Source: Spirochaetota bacterium (lineage in GTDB: Bacteria; Spirochaetota; Leptospiria; Turneriellales; CBDBES01). From it: 64,000 bases of DNA. Position numbers and translations under genes: made by a program. The stretch spans positions 15,498 through 79,497 of the forward strand of contig CBDBLF010000009.1 of assembly GCA_965206985.1 (NCBI GenBank), given 5' to 3'. Positions 1 to 9,132 of the stretch are shown in pieces (position 1 is the first letter of the stretch; every line of letters begins with the position of its first letter). Under the pieces are notes generated by a model. That model worked only from the letters and a program-made list of their open reading frames with translations, did no database searches and was not told the origin of the DNA.

Positions 1-2019
1 CATTGCAGAATGCCCATAACCCATAGCAATGGCGACCGAACCCGCAATGAGCCCAGGCTGAACAAAAGCAGGCAAGGTAATTTTTTGAGAAGCAGATTGA
101 ACAACAAGCTTGTCTCCTGTTTTCCAGTTATTTTTCTTCGCATCAGTAGGAGAAACAGCCACAAAGTTACCCCACGTGACCTTTGTAACTGGATCGGGCA
201 ACTCTTGACGAAATGAAATATTGGCACCTCGACCGTCACCGATCTGGAGATTTTGATAAATATTCAAAGAATAACTTTTATCAAGAGGAGCTTGTATTGA
301 AGTCATTTCAAATGCATAGCGTAAGTTAAAAGGGCGAATGCCCTGGGAACGGAGAAAGCCGCTCCGCTGTGAAAAACCCTGAGCGAGGCAATCTTCCCAG
401 CTTCCTTTAATGTACCTAGACGATTTTGATTTCACATACTCGTGAAAAGAAGTTTCGTTATTCTGTAGAGAAAGTAAAATATCACCTGCCGAACGCGTGC
501 TAAAGAGAGGACGCACAACGGGCTGAACAATATGATAAATATCATGAGAATAGCCATCGCCCCATGACTCCATGAAATGGCTAGCGGCCATAATATAATT
601 TGATTTCTCGGCAGTTTCATTACGATGGGTGCCAATATAAATAACATTCTTTACTTTTGAGAGTGCCTCAACAAAACCAGAGCCATGAGGCATATCATAC
701 ACGGGATTTGCTCGATCAATGAGCAATGTCTCAATTTTTCCGTCTCTCATATCAGCGATTAGCGTACGAAGTTTTGGGTGAGGAGAAATATCATTTTTCT
801 TTTTGTGAGGTGCTTGACTAAAAATAGCGGATCCACTACCCAGAAGGTAGTTAATGAGATTTCCCAAATAATGTGTGCTTCCTTTGTCTTCCTCAAGCGT
901 GGATGACCCCCCTGCAACCACTAGAGCTTTTCCTTTGAATTTGAGAAGTTCATCGACGAGTGCCTGAAGGTCTTTTGGGCCAATACCACAAGCACGATCC
1001 GTCGCCCTAGGAGTATATTTTTCTAATAATTTGCGAAGTGATTCATTTCTTCTTTGTGCACTTGAAGGCAACAAGAGATGAGCCAGACCCAGAAGGAAAG
1101 AACGATGAGAACCTGCCTTAATTGGTATTCTTTTGTCGGAATTTGTCCCAGTAAGCGACATCATGGTCTCAACGCTGATTAATTTTATCATTTTTTCACC
1201 GTCGGGGTCTCTCTGCTTACTAAACTGCTTTGTGAAAACCTCCGGGCTAATCCATGTACCCAAAAAATCAGCTTCAACGCTCAACACTAAACTAGCCACA
1301 TCAAATTGGTACCGAGGGATTATGGCCTCTCCATGAGAAAGCCTTTGACCGGCCAAAACTTCGTTTTGGTTCCCTGCAGGGTCGTAGACGATAAGTTCTG
1401 CAAAGTAACGAGAAGAAAAACTTCTCAATACCGACTGCTCTGACGGGCTATACGATGGCCGCGTAAGAACACGAACCCTCTTTTTTAGCAGAGAAGATGT
1501 CTCTCCAAACGCCCTCTTCCAAGATATCTTTCTGAAACCCACATCTGTCTTCTTCATAGGATGCCGCAGGCGGTCTGGATCATATAGATCCCAGATAGTC
1601 GCAAAACCATCTGCACTCATTGCGCCCTGACTTAGAGGATGCTCAGGATTCCCTTCTATTTTGATGGGCTTGCCCTCTCTAGTTTTGACAAGCATCGGTA
1701 AAACCCCTTCTGAATGCACATAGGAGGTAGCATAATAAGTAGGTAGTCCTGGGGTATGGCTTTCGGGACGTTGGAGATAAGGAAGTATTTTCTCAACAGG
1801 CCTACGGTGACAGTTTGTAGCAGCCATTGCGAGTGAAGCTCCCATGAAGGTGAGAAAAGACCTGCGATTTAACCCAGAGATCACACCACGATCAATCAGT
1901 TCTTGAACCGAGCTAGGGAATTCCTCCGAAGCAGAAGGAAGTTCTGATGATTCTTTGGATTCAAAAGAACGCCAAAGATTTTTTTCTTTCTTCTGCTTCA
2001 CCTTACCATTAGCTTTCAT
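1..2019 (-). CDS. actB: Alternative complex III ActB-like subunit (molybdopterin-oxidoreductase fold / Fe-S), N-terminal 673 codons; gene continues past window start
   Basis: Absent from the ORF track because there is no stop in the window. Manual minus-strand translation from ATG (2019-2017) stays open to nt 1. Sequence: MKANGKVKQKK...RRSFLTFMGASLAMAA (twin-arginine signal)...TREGKPIKIEGNPEHPLSQGA...DLYDPDRLRHP. Lies directly downstream of the pentahaem ActA-like gene. Confidence 0.7.
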   Translation of the reverse strand, partial: MKANGKVKQKKEKNLWRSFESKESSELPSASEEFPSSVQELIDRGVISGLNRRSFLTFMGASLAMAATNCHRRPVEKILPYLQRPESHTPGLPTYYATSYVHSEGVLPMLVKTREGKPIKIEGNPEHPLSQGAMSADGFATIWDLYDPDRLRHPMKKTDVGFRKISWKRAFGETSSLLKKRVRVLTRPSYSPSEQSVLRSFSSRYFAELIVYDPAGNQNEVLAGQRLSHGEAIIPRYQFDVASLVLSVEADFLGTWISPEVFTKQFSKQRDPDGEKMIKLISVETMMSLTGTNSDKRIPIKAGSHRSFLLGLAHLLLPSSAQRRNESLRKLLEKYTPRATDRACGIGPKDLQALVDELLKFKGKALVVAGGSSTLEEDKGSTHYLGNLINYLLGSGSAIFSQAPHKKKNDISPHPKLRTLIADMRDGKIETLLIDRANPVYDMPHGSGFVEALSKVKNVIYIGTHRNETAEKSNYIMAASHFMESWGDGYSHDIYHIVQPVVRPLFSTRSAGDILLSLQNNETSFHEYVKSKSSRYIKGSWEDCLAQGFSQRSGFLRSQGIRPFNLRYAFEMTSIQAPLDKSYSLNIYQNLQIGDGRGANISFRQELPDPVTKVTWGNFVAVSPTDAKKNNWKTGDKLVVQSASQKITLPAFVQPGLIAGSVAIAMGYGHSAM

Positions 2020-2055
2020 CATTCAAAACCTCACTTTATAAGTCCAATCAATTTG

Positions 2056-2601
2056 TCAATAGTGACAACTTCCACAATTTAGTTTTGCTCCTTTTTTTTC
2101 GTTTTTTCTATGACAATCCACACAAAAACCCATATTGAGTGATTTCTGTTGGACAACCACATCCATTTTATCGATATTTCCATGACAAGGAGCACATGCT
2201 GTTTTACTGGGCTGACCCCGAGAGAGAAGAGCCTTGATATGAGGAGCATGCGAGAAACGAACATGATCTGGCATATTGTGAATTCTGATCCATTCAGGAG
2301 ACTTGTTTTCCTCCCAATATTGATTAATTTTTTGAATTTCTTTATTGCCATACCCAATGGAAACGTGGCAGTTTCGACAGACGTTTAAACTTGGAATGCC
2401 TGCTTTTTTACTTTGAGTGACACCCGTATGACAATATTGACAATCTATGTTGTACTTACCAGCATGAAGCTTATGGCTGTAAGAAATAGGCTGTTCAGGT
2501 CCGTAGCCTACCTGCTGAGGTGGGGCAACAAAGAACCAAAGTAGAAAGATCACCAAGACAGGCCCCAAGCCATATCTTAATATAACCTTTTTGGCTTCCA
2601 T
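2056..2601 (-). CDS. actA: Pentahaem c-type cytochrome, ACIII ActA-like
   Basis: Five CxxCH motifs (CQYCH, CRNCH, CAPCH, CVDCH, CGSCH) and an N-terminal TM/signal anchor. Positioned immediately upstream of actB-like. Confidence 0.75.
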   Translation of the reverse strand: MEAKKVILRYGLGPVLVIFLLWFFVAPPQQVGYGPEQPISYSHKLHAGKYNIDCQYCHTGVTQSKKAGIPSLNVCRNCHVSIGYGNKEIQKINQYWEENKSPEWIRIHNMPDHVRFSHAPHIKALLSRGQPSKTACAPCHGNIDKMDVVVQQKSLNMGFCVDCHRKNEKKGAKLNCGSCHY

Positions 2602-2615
2602 ATTTCTAAATTAAA

Positions 2616-3026
2616 TTATTTTTTTCTGCTGGGAATAAGTGACAAGATATATTCAGCAACCGCTTCTATTTGTGCTTTGCTTAAAACGCCTTCCCATGCA
2701 ACCATTTGAGTGCCAGGTATACCTTCGCTGAGAGTTTTTCGTATGCCTATCATATTCGCACCATTTTTAAACTTATCTTTCTTAAAGTTTCTTGGATAGA
2801 ATCCCATCGTAGCAGGACCATCACCCTCCCCACTTGGCCCATGACACGACGCACAATTTACTCGATATACATTTTGTCCCATCTCGTTCACTTGTGTGCT
2901 CAATGAAACCTCAGCACCTCCGCTTCCCTTTTTCTTGCAAGCGGAAACGACAAAGAGAAAAATAAAAAGACTAAGCAAAAAGAACAGGAAGTTAGACACT
3001 CTTTTCTCTAAAAAAATAAAAGACAT
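2616..3026 (-). CDS. Monohaem class I c-type cytochrome, probable lipoprotein
   Basis: Single CASCH haem site with a distal Met region (GTQMVAWEG). Signal peptide with lipobox VSAC. Same strand as actA, 14 bp upstream of it. Confidence 0.7.
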   Translation of the reverse strand: MSFIFLEKRVSNFLFFLLSLFIFLFVVSACKKKGSGGAEVSLSTQVNEMGQNVYRVNCASCHGPSGEGDGPATMGFYPRNFKKDKFKNGANMIGIRKTLSEGIPGTQMVAWEGVLSKAQIEAVAEYILSLIPSRKK

Positions 3027-3152
3027 AAGGCTTCCCGAAGCCCCCCTGAAATTAAGACCCTATTAAGCCTTGAAGAGAAGAACTGTACAAACAAGCACTG
3101 AACTAATGTATGAACAGAGTTAGATTGTCTATAAATTTATTCTAAAAATTTA

Positions 3153-4091
3153 GGTCGTGTCATATTTAATCAAAGTTTCTATTTGCGATGAATAATTCTT
3201 GTATAGACCACTTATGATTCGTCATTTCTGTAGCCATTGCTGGGGTGATTTGAATTGGTTTTCCTCCCTCATACTCAGCTAGACTTGAATGTGGAAGGCA
3301 GAAATTGTAATAATTAGCAACAAAAGAATTATGCCCCTGCATATATTTGAATTTTTTTGAAAAACCCTGACTTTTACGCTCTATTCTATGATTGTGTTGG
3401 CGAAGAGTCAAATTATTCCTTTCTACAGCAAAGGTGTTCATCTGATGACTTACTGAAGAGTTTGCAATATATTCATCTAGTAGCTTTTGATCACCAAAGA
3501 TTAGAGATTTGTCAACTTCCTTACATCTCCCTTTTTCTATTCTCTTAATTATTTGCCCATAACATAGAGATTTGGGTGATTGAAGCTTTCTAGTCATTGA
3601 GTCAAATTTACCATATACTGAAAGAATGGCATCACTATATCCCTCATATCCATCAGAGGTAATCAAGAATTTATCTTCCCTCTTTGGCTTACTTCTTGTT
3701 TTTACCTTGGTCAGTAACTTTCTAGCATTCACTGAGGTCCTCTTGCCTGTTATATGCGCTAAAATGAGCTTTTCTACAGGCAATACTGCAGTAAAAGTCC
3801 AGATATCCCCTATTTCATCACTTAATCGCTCAGTCTCTGATAGATTGTATTGTTTTTTAAAGACAAAACCCCAATGCTCGTCTAATTGAATTTCATTGAA
3901 AGACAGGTTTTTGTATATATTTTTTTTCAACTTTTAGTGAATCTTCACCTGCTGCTTTAACCCAAGCAAGAACTGTATCCTTGCTGATACCAAAGACTCT
4001 TCCGGTAGCTCTAATGCCACAGCCCTCAACTGTGTTTTGTAATACCCGAGTAATGGTTTCTTTGCTTTTCTTGCGACGAAAAAAAATAGTG
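3153..4091 (-). mobile_element. IS1-family element, copy A, truncated (insB end plus 3' part of insA retained; cut by IS3-family element)
   Basis: Starts with the terminal IR GGTCGTGTCATATTTAATCAAAGTTTC. Near-identical to the full copies up to ...aaaaaatagtg (4091), where the sequence switches to the IS3 end tggtttaacccc. Carries a private SNP (ccatatactg vs ccataaactg in the other copies). Confidence 0.85.
3166..3930 (-). CDS. insB: IS1-family transposase InsB-like DDE domain ORF (copy A)
   Basis: 254 aa, identical to the other copies. DDE-type motifs LDEHWGF, ITSDGYEGY, AVERNNLTLRQHNHRIERKSQGFSK. Confidence 0.8.
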   Translation of the reverse strand: MKKNIYKNLSFNEIQLDEHWGFVFKKQYNLSETERLSDEIGDIWTFTAVLPVEKLILAHITGKRTSVNARKLLTKVKTRSKPKREDKFLITSDGYEGYSDAILSVYGKFDSMTRKLQSPKSLCYGQIIKRIEKGRCKEVDKSLIFGDQKLLDEYIANSSVSHQMNTFAVERNNLTLRQHNHRIERKSQGFSKKFKYMQGHNSFVANYYNFCLPHSSLAEYEGGKPIQITPAMATEMTNHKWSIQELFIANRNFD

Positions 4092-4125
4092 TGGTTTAAC
4101 CCCCTAAAACTGGACAGTCTTTTTC

Positions 4126-4899
4126 TTATTCTTTTAGATATTTCTCCTCATATTTTTGAGGTGTCACCCATCCTAAAGCTGAATGTGGCTTCATCGTATT
4201 ATAAAGATGGATAAACCTGAAGATACTTTTTTGAGCTTCTTCAAAGTTTTGATATTCTGATAAATTAATTTCTTTATATTTAATTGTTTTATTCAATGAT
4301 TCGGCATGAGCGTTTTCATACACATTACCACGACACATGGAAATATTGATTCTACTTTCTTCTAATAGAGCGATATACTCATTTGAGCAATATCTGACGT
4401 CAGCATCAGTATGATGGTAGTAATTTTGTAAATCTCCTATTTCTCTTTTAAGCGAAAGAAAGGCTGCTATGACCAGTTGGGTGTTATTTTTATCAGAAAT
4501 GGCCGCTCCTACGATACGGCGACTCATAAGCCTCATGAGCAAAGCTAAATAGTGGTCTTTCGAATTAATATCAAAATAGGTTATATCGCCAACAATTACC
4601 TTGAAGGGATCAGCTTGCACACTTTTAATCAAATTGGGATATTTTCTGAAATTATGCTTAGATTGGGTAGTTTTTGGCTTCAAAAACACCTTTTTAGTGC
4701 ATAAAAGTCTATTTTCTTTCATAATTCGGTAAACTCGCTTCTTATTTATTGTAAAGCCTCTATCTTTTAGAATTTGCGTCATCGAGATATAACCTACTTG
4801 GTTCAATTGATCACTAATTTCATGGATAGATTTTAGAATCGTTGAATCATCTTTCTTCTCCTTCGACTTATAATAATAAGTTGACTTTTCTAGTTTCAT
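4126..4899 (-). CDS. IS3-family transposase orfB (integrase/rve catalytic domain)
   Basis: 257 aa with rve-like motifs (GDITYF, HHTDADVRYCS, NVYENAHAESLNKTIK). The -1 frame relative to orfA is open at least 26 codons upstream of its ATG, across a CAAAAAG run. Confidence 0.8.
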   Translation of the reverse strand: MKLEKSTYYYKSKEKKDDSTILKSIHEISDQLNQVGYISMTQILKDRGFTINKKRVYRIMKENRLLCTKKVFLKPKTTQSKHNFRKYPNLIKSVQADPFKVIVGDITYFDINSKDHYLALLMRLMSRRIVGAAISDKNNTQLVIAAFLSLKREIGDLQNYYHHTDADVRYCSNEYIALLEESRINISMCRGNVYENAHAESLNKTIKYKEINLSEYQNFEEAQKSIFRFIHLYNTMKPHSALGWVTPQKYEEKYLKE

Positions 4900-5246
4900 A
4901 ACTCTGCAACTCCTTGTGATCCCAAATTCTGTGCTGAGGCTATTCTTGATAATTTCTCTTTTTGCCTGTATTCTTGAAGAAGTTTTTCCGTTTTTTTTAA
5001 AATCTGATTTTCTATCATTAAGTCAGATAAGGCCGATTCTAAATAGGAAATTTTTTTTCTCAATTCTAACTCAACCCCATTTTTATCTTCAAAGCCTTCG
5101 AAAACCAGCTGTCGCTTCCATCTCGATAAAGTTGCGACTGAAATCATCTCTCTCTTAGATATTTCTGCCGTGCTAGTCTGACCTGAAATCATCTCCAAAG
5201 CCAATCTCTCTTTTGCTTCCTTACTGTATCTTTGTCTTTTAATCAT
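4896..5246 (-). CDS. IS3-family transposase orfA (HTH)
   Basis: Track ORF 4896..5300 starts inside the IS1 IR. The likelier start is ATG 5246, preceded by GGAGG (5254-5258). Product MIKRQRYSKEAKERLALEM... with a leucine-zipper-like C-terminus. ATGA overlap with orfB. Confidence 0.75.
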   Translation of the reverse strand: MIKRQRYSKEAKERLALEMISGQTSTAEISKREMISVATLSRWKRQLVFEGFEDKNGVELELRKKISYLESALSDLMIENQILKKTEKLLQEYRQKEKLSRIASAQNLGSQGVAEL

Positions 5247-5302
5247 AGTTTTACCTCCTAAATTTAACACAATAAAGTGTCCAGTTTTAGGTCGTGTCAT
5301 AT

Positions 5303-6067
5303 TTAATCAAAGTTTCTATTTGCGATGAATAATTCTTGTATAGACCACTTATGATTCGTCATTTCTGTAGCCATTGCTGGGGTGATTTGAATTGGTTTTC
5401 CTCCCTCATACTCAGCTAGACTTGAATGTGGAAGGCAGAAATTGTAATAATTAGCAACAAAAGAATTATGCCCCTGCATATATTTGAATTTTTTTGAAAA
5501 ACCCTGACTTTTACGCTCTATTCTATGATTGTGTTGGCGAAGAGTCAAATTATTCCTTTCTACAGCAAAGGTGTTCATCTGATGACTTACTGAAGAGTTT
5601 GCAATATATTCATCTAGTAGCTTTTGATCACCAAAGATTAGAGATTTGTCAACTTCCTTACATCTCCCTTTTTCTATTCTCTTAATTATTTGCCCATAAC
5701 ATAGAGATTTGGGTGATTGAAGCTTTCTAGTCATTGAGTCAAATTTACCATAAACTGAAAGAATGGCATCACTATATCCCTCATATCCATCAGAGGTAAT
5801 CAAGAATTTATCTTCCCTCTTTGGCTTACTTCTTGTTTTTACCTTGGTCAGTAACTTTCTAGCATTCACTGAGGTCCTCTTGCCTGTTATATGCGCTAAA
5901 ATGAGCTTTTCTACAGGCAATACTGCAGTAAAAGTCCAGATATCCCCTATTTCATCACTTAATCGCTCAGTCTCTGATAGATTGTATTGTTTTTTAAAGA
6001 CAAAACCCCAATGCTCGTCTAATTGAATTTCATTGAAAGACAGGTTTTTGTATATATTTTTTTTCAA
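5303..6067 (-). CDS. insB: IS1-family transposase InsB-like ORF (copy B)
   Basis: 254 aa, TTG-initiated in the track. Probably expressed only as an InsAB fusion via a frame change in the A8 run (6057-6064). Confidence 0.8.
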   Translation of the reverse strand: MKKNIYKNLSFNEIQLDEHWGFVFKKQYNLSETERLSDEIGDIWTFTAVLPVEKLILAHITGKRTSVNARKLLTKVKTRSKPKREDKFLITSDGYEGYSDAILSVYGKFDSMTRKLQSPKSLCYGQIIKRIEKGRCKEVDKSLIFGDQKLLDEYIANSSVSHQMNTFAVERNNLTLRQHNHRIERKSQGFSKKFKYMQGHNSFVANYYNFCLPHSSLAEYEGGKPIQITPAMATEMTNHKWSIQELFIANRNFD

Positions 6068-6407
6068 CTTTTAGTGAATCTTCACCTGCTGCTTTAACCC
6101 AAGCAAGAACTGTATCCTTGCTGATACCAAAGACTCTTCCGGTAGCTCTAATGCCACAGCCCTCAACTGTGTTTTGTAATACCCGAGTAATGGTTTCTTT
6201 GCTTTTCTTGCGACGAAAAAAAATAGTGCCTTTATTCTCTGAAAAGCATCTACCACAAGCGGTGCACTTTAAATAGGCTATTTGTTTGTACTTACCAGAC
6301 ATATAAGCAAAGCGCACATTTCCTTCATTTACCTTATGATACTTATGGCAGTCTGTATTTTGACAGCTAAAACCACTTGTATCAAAGGTATATTTTCTTT
6401 TGTTCAT
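6030..6407 (-). CDS. insA: IS1-family InsA-like protein (zinc finger + HTH)
   Basis: 125 aa. Cys pairs CQNTDC...CTACGRC followed by an HTH-like region GIRATGRVFGISKDTVLAWVK. Overlaps insB by 38 nt. Confidence 0.8.
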   Translation of the reverse strand: MNKRKYTFDTSGFSCQNTDCHKYHKVNEGNVRFAYMSGKYKQIAYLKCTACGRCFSENKGTIFFRRKKSKETITRVLQNTVEGCGIRATGRVFGISKDTVLAWVKAAGEDSLKVEKKYIQKPVFQ

Positions 6408-6495
6408 AATGAGACATAACCTTATTTTAAGGAAGATACGCCAATTCCTTTTTTAATTGGAAACTTTGATTAAATATGACACGACCCAAAATTTA

Positions 6496-6624
6496 GAACT
6501 AGTTGTTGAGGCTGCCTTTGGTCAAATTGCGTATAACTGTAATTTCAGAAGATTTAATCTACGGGGTTTGGAATCTGCAAAAGGAGAGTTTTTTATTGTG
6601 GCCTTATCTCATAATTTGGGATAA
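6496..6624 (+). pseudogene. Relic: C-terminal ~43 codons of an IS1182/IS5-superfamily transposase
   Basis: Translates ELVVEAAFGQIAYNCNFRRFNLRGLESAKGEFFIVALSHNLG*. This matches the C-terminal pattern of the intact-type copy in this window (EIEPIFGILKQAKKFREFLLRGSKKVQIEV). No upstream coding continuation (in-frame stop at about 3135 across the IS junction). Confidence 0.4.
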
Positions 6625-6659
6625 TCATGAAAAAACTAAAAAATGACGACAAGAAAATA

Positions 6660-6700
6660 TAGACCCCCAAACTCAATTGAATTTAGGGGTCTATATTTTT
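6660..6700 (-). terminator. Possible intrinsic terminator overlapping the stop codon of the 6683..7813 gene
   Basis: Minus strand: TAGACCCC-(17-18 nt loop)-GGGGTCTA followed by TATTTTCTTG...TTTTTT. The loop is large, so the call is weak. Confidence 0.25.
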
Positions 6701-7813
6701 TTTGTATATCCGAAACGTTTTATATTTTTTTGCCCCAATAGCATCCAAGCCCCCAATCAGGAGACTATTCGTCTCAACAACCAAAGAGCAATCAGAAGCG
6801 TGATAGCCTAGTCGAATACCTTGAGAGATGACTTCATCAATAAGTATCATCTCATAGCCTCGATTACGATATTCTTTTAAAACTCCCAAAACCATAGTTC
6901 GAGCAAATTGTATATGCTTCAGGGCACGAAGAATTTTAAAAATTCCGAAAGGAAAGAGTCTGCCTTTTGCCTTAATGGTAGCCTCAAAAGCATTGGGAAC
7001 TGAAATCGAAAAAGCAATTGCTTTGCCGTCTATTTCTAAAATATGTGCAAGCTCTTTTTTGACCATGAGCTTTAATTCTTTTGTTAAATGTGCCCATTGC
7101 TGGTCAGTAAACGGTAGATTACCCCAGTTCTCTGACCAAGCATCTTCAAACATTTCTCTGACCAAAGCAACTTCACTACCCCAGTTTTTCAAGTCGACAC
7201 ACCTTAGTTTAAGGTTAGATTGTTTCCTCAGGCGAGCGGTGGTTCTTTGCATAATGCGTTTTATGGGGTCATAACCACTCTTATAGAAGGCGTACCAATC
7301 AATTTCTTTTTTGAAACCGTTCGTCTCAATAAGCTTAGGGTAGTAAGGGGGATTATAAGAACAGAGTAAAATGGGGCTAAATTGATAGCTATCAATGAGT
7401 ATACCAATTTCATCATAGATAGCAAAGCTTTCGGGTCCGATGATTGTCGTACAACCTTTTGTTTTAAGCCACTTGCCTGCCTCTTCAAAAATAAGGTCAA
7501 CAGCCTCTTGGTCATCAAGTGCTTCGAAAAAGCCAAAAAATCCTTGCTTTACTTTGTAATGTTGATCGTGCTTCCTATTGATATGGGCGCTAACTCTAGC
7601 CACAGGCTTTGAACCTCGGTAAACCATAAAAAGCTGAATTTCTCCAATTTCATGAAAAGGACCTTTGAGGATAAATTTGATTTGATCATTAAAAATGGGC
7701 GCCACCCATTTTGGATACTTTTTATACACCTTTTCTGAGAAAAGAACAAATTTCTTTACGAAGCTTCTCTTTAACTTTAGGGGAATAACCTTAATAGCCT
7801 TATCAGTGCTCAT
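6683..7813 (-). CDS. Hypothetical protein, possibly GNAT-fold acyltransferase-like
   Basis: 376-aa ORF. The C-terminal segment (MVLGVLKEYRNRGYEMILIDEVI) resembles a GNAT acetyl-CoA-binding motif (R/Q-x-x-G-x-G/A-like RNRGYE). No firm family assignment. Confidence 0.4.
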   Translation of the reverse strand: MSTDKAIKVIPLKLKRSFVKKFVLFSEKVYKKYPKWVAPIFNDQIKFILKGPFHEIGEIQLFMVYRGSKPVARVSAHINRKHDQHYKVKQGFFGFFEALDDQEAVDLIFEEAGKWLKTKGCTTIIGPESFAIYDEIGILIDSYQFSPILLCSYNPPYYPKLIETNGFKKEIDWYAFYKSGYDPIKRIMQRTTARLRKQSNLKLRCVDLKNWGSEVALVREMFEDAWSENWGNLPFTDQQWAHLTKELKLMVKKELAHILEIDGKAIAFSISVPNAFEATIKAKGRLFPFGIFKILRALKHIQFARTMVLGVLKEYRNRGYEMILIDEVISQGIRLGYHASDCSLVVETNSLLIGGLDAIGAKKYKTFRIYKKNIDP

Positions 7814-7845
7814 TAAATAATCGCGCCATTTACTTGGAACAAAAC

Positions 7846-9132
7846 CTATCTCATGCTAATTGGTTTATAGTCTCGCTCAGGGGAACCCACATAAACTTGT
7901 CGAGGCCTGCCAATGCGACTTCCTGGGGAAGAAATCATCTCATTCCATTGAGCGATCCATCCTGGTAATCTACCCAAGGCAAAAAGAACTGTAAACATAT
8001 TAGTAGGGATTCCCAATGCACGGTAAATAATTCCTGAGTAGAAGTCAACATTTGGGTAGAGTTTTCTTTCTTTGAAATAAGAGTCTTCCAAAGCCCTCTC
8101 TTCAAGTGTTTTAGCTATATCAAGCAGGTGATCGTTAACACCAAGTTTACTGAGAACTTCGTCACAAGTTTTTTTGATAATTTTTGCTCTGGGGTCAAAG
8201 TTTTTATAGACACGGTGCCCAAACCCCATAAGCTTAAATTTTGATTTTTTATCTTTTGCAAAATTGATAAACTTATTTGTGTTACCACCATCGTCATGGA
8301 TACTCTGAAGCATTTCAAGAACCGCTTGATTAGCACCCCCGTGGAGAGGACCCCAAAGAGCATAAACACCAGCGGCCACCGAAGCAAATAAATTTGCCTG
8401 TGAAGAGCCAACTAAGCGAACAGTCGAAGTAGAACAATTCTGTTCGTGGTCAGCATGAAGAATCAATAAAATGTTAAGGGCTCTCGCCATTACTGGGTCT
8501 ATTTCATAATCCTCTGCAGGAGTAGCGAACAACATATGACAAAAATTATCAATGTAATCCATGTTGTTTCTAGGAAATATACTTGGTTGCCCAATCGACT
8601 TCTTATAAGAATAAGCAGCAATTGTTGGAGCTTTCGCAATCAACCGATACATCGAGACTTCTCTAGCTTCCTTTTCAAGTGGGTTCATCGTATCTTCATA
8701 AAAGGCGGAGAGGGTGCCAATCATTGAAGAAAGTATTGCCATTGGATGTGCACTCTTGGGAAAGTTATCGTATAGCCTCCTCAGGTCTTCATGTATGAGA
8801 GTATGATAGGTAATGTTCTCTTTAAAATCTTCCAGCTTTCTTTGATCAGGCAAATCACCGTAGATGAGAAGATAAGCTACTTCAATAAAGTTTGAATTTT
8901 CAGCGAGTTGTTCAATGGAATAGCCTCTGTAGCGAAGAATACCCTCTTCTCCATTTAAAAAAGTAACTCCACTTTGGCAAGCCGCCGTACTAATAAAACC
9001 ATCATCAAGAGTTGTTACCTTCATTTTGGTTCTCAACGACCTAATGTCAATACTCCTTTCATTTTCACTACCTACAATAATGGGAAATTCCTCTTCGTTG
9101 TCTCCGACTATAATTTTTGCAAATTCTGACAT
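7846..9132 (-). CDS. gltA: Citrate synthase (type II)
   Basis: Motifs HADHEQNCSTSTVRLVGSS, GPLHGGAN, GFGHRVYKNFDPRA. The track ORF extends to TTG 9192. ATG 9132 (MSEFAKIIVGDNEEEFPI...) fits the usual N-terminus. Confidence 0.9.
   Translation of the reverse strand: MSEFAKIIVGDNEEEFPIIVGSENERSIDIRSLRTKMKVTTLDDGFISTAACQSGVTFLNGEEGILRYRGYSIEQLAENSNFIEVAYLLIYGDLPDQRKLEDFKENITYHTLIHEDLRRLYDNFPKSAHPMAILSSMIGTLSAFYEDTMNPLEKEAREVSMYRLIAKAPTIAAYSYKKSIGQPSIFPRNNMDYIDNFCHMLFATPAEDYEIDPVMARALNILLILHADHEQNCSTSTVRLVGSSQANLFASVAAGVYALWGPLHGGANQAVLEMLQSIHDDGGNTNKFINFAKDKKSKFKLMGFGHRVYKNFDPRAKIIKKTCDEVLSKLGVNDHLLDIAKTLEERALEDSYFKERKLYPNVDFYSGIIYRALGIPTNMFTVLFALGRLPGWIAQWNEMISSPGSRIGRPRQVYVGSPERDYKPISMR

Larger units (their letters stand above)
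4092..5289 (-). mobile_element. IS3-family insertion sequence (one terminal IR lacks its last ~9-11 nt)
   Basis: orfA/orfB pair in the -1 arrangement. End tggtttaaccccctaaaactggaca (4092-) is inverted-repeated as tgtccagttttagg (to ~5291), which runs straight into the IR of IS1-like copy B. Confidence 0.8.
5290..6486 (-). mobile_element. IS1-family element, copy B, full length (1,197 bp)
   Basis: Perfect 27-bp terminal IRs at 5290-5316 and 6460-6486. insA + insB present. The insA-proximal subterminal region carries a cluster of substitutions relative to copies C/D/E (cttattttaaggaagatacgcc vs cttaatttaagggagataagtc). Confidence 0.9.

Noticed and set aside
10-1336. Short ORFs 10-216(+), 432-647(-), 1133-1336(+)
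   Set aside because: All lie inside the long open actB-like minus-strand frame, which has strong family-specific sequence.
2079-2388. 92-aa (-) and 79-aa (+) ORFs within the actA-like gene
   Set aside because: They are alternate-frame or antisense to a pentahaem cytochrome ORF with five CxxCH motifs.
5494-6256. 63-, 87- and 61-aa ORFs inside every IS1-like copy
   Set aside because: They are antisense or alternate-frame ORFs within insA/insB, with no independent support. They recur only because the IS recurs.
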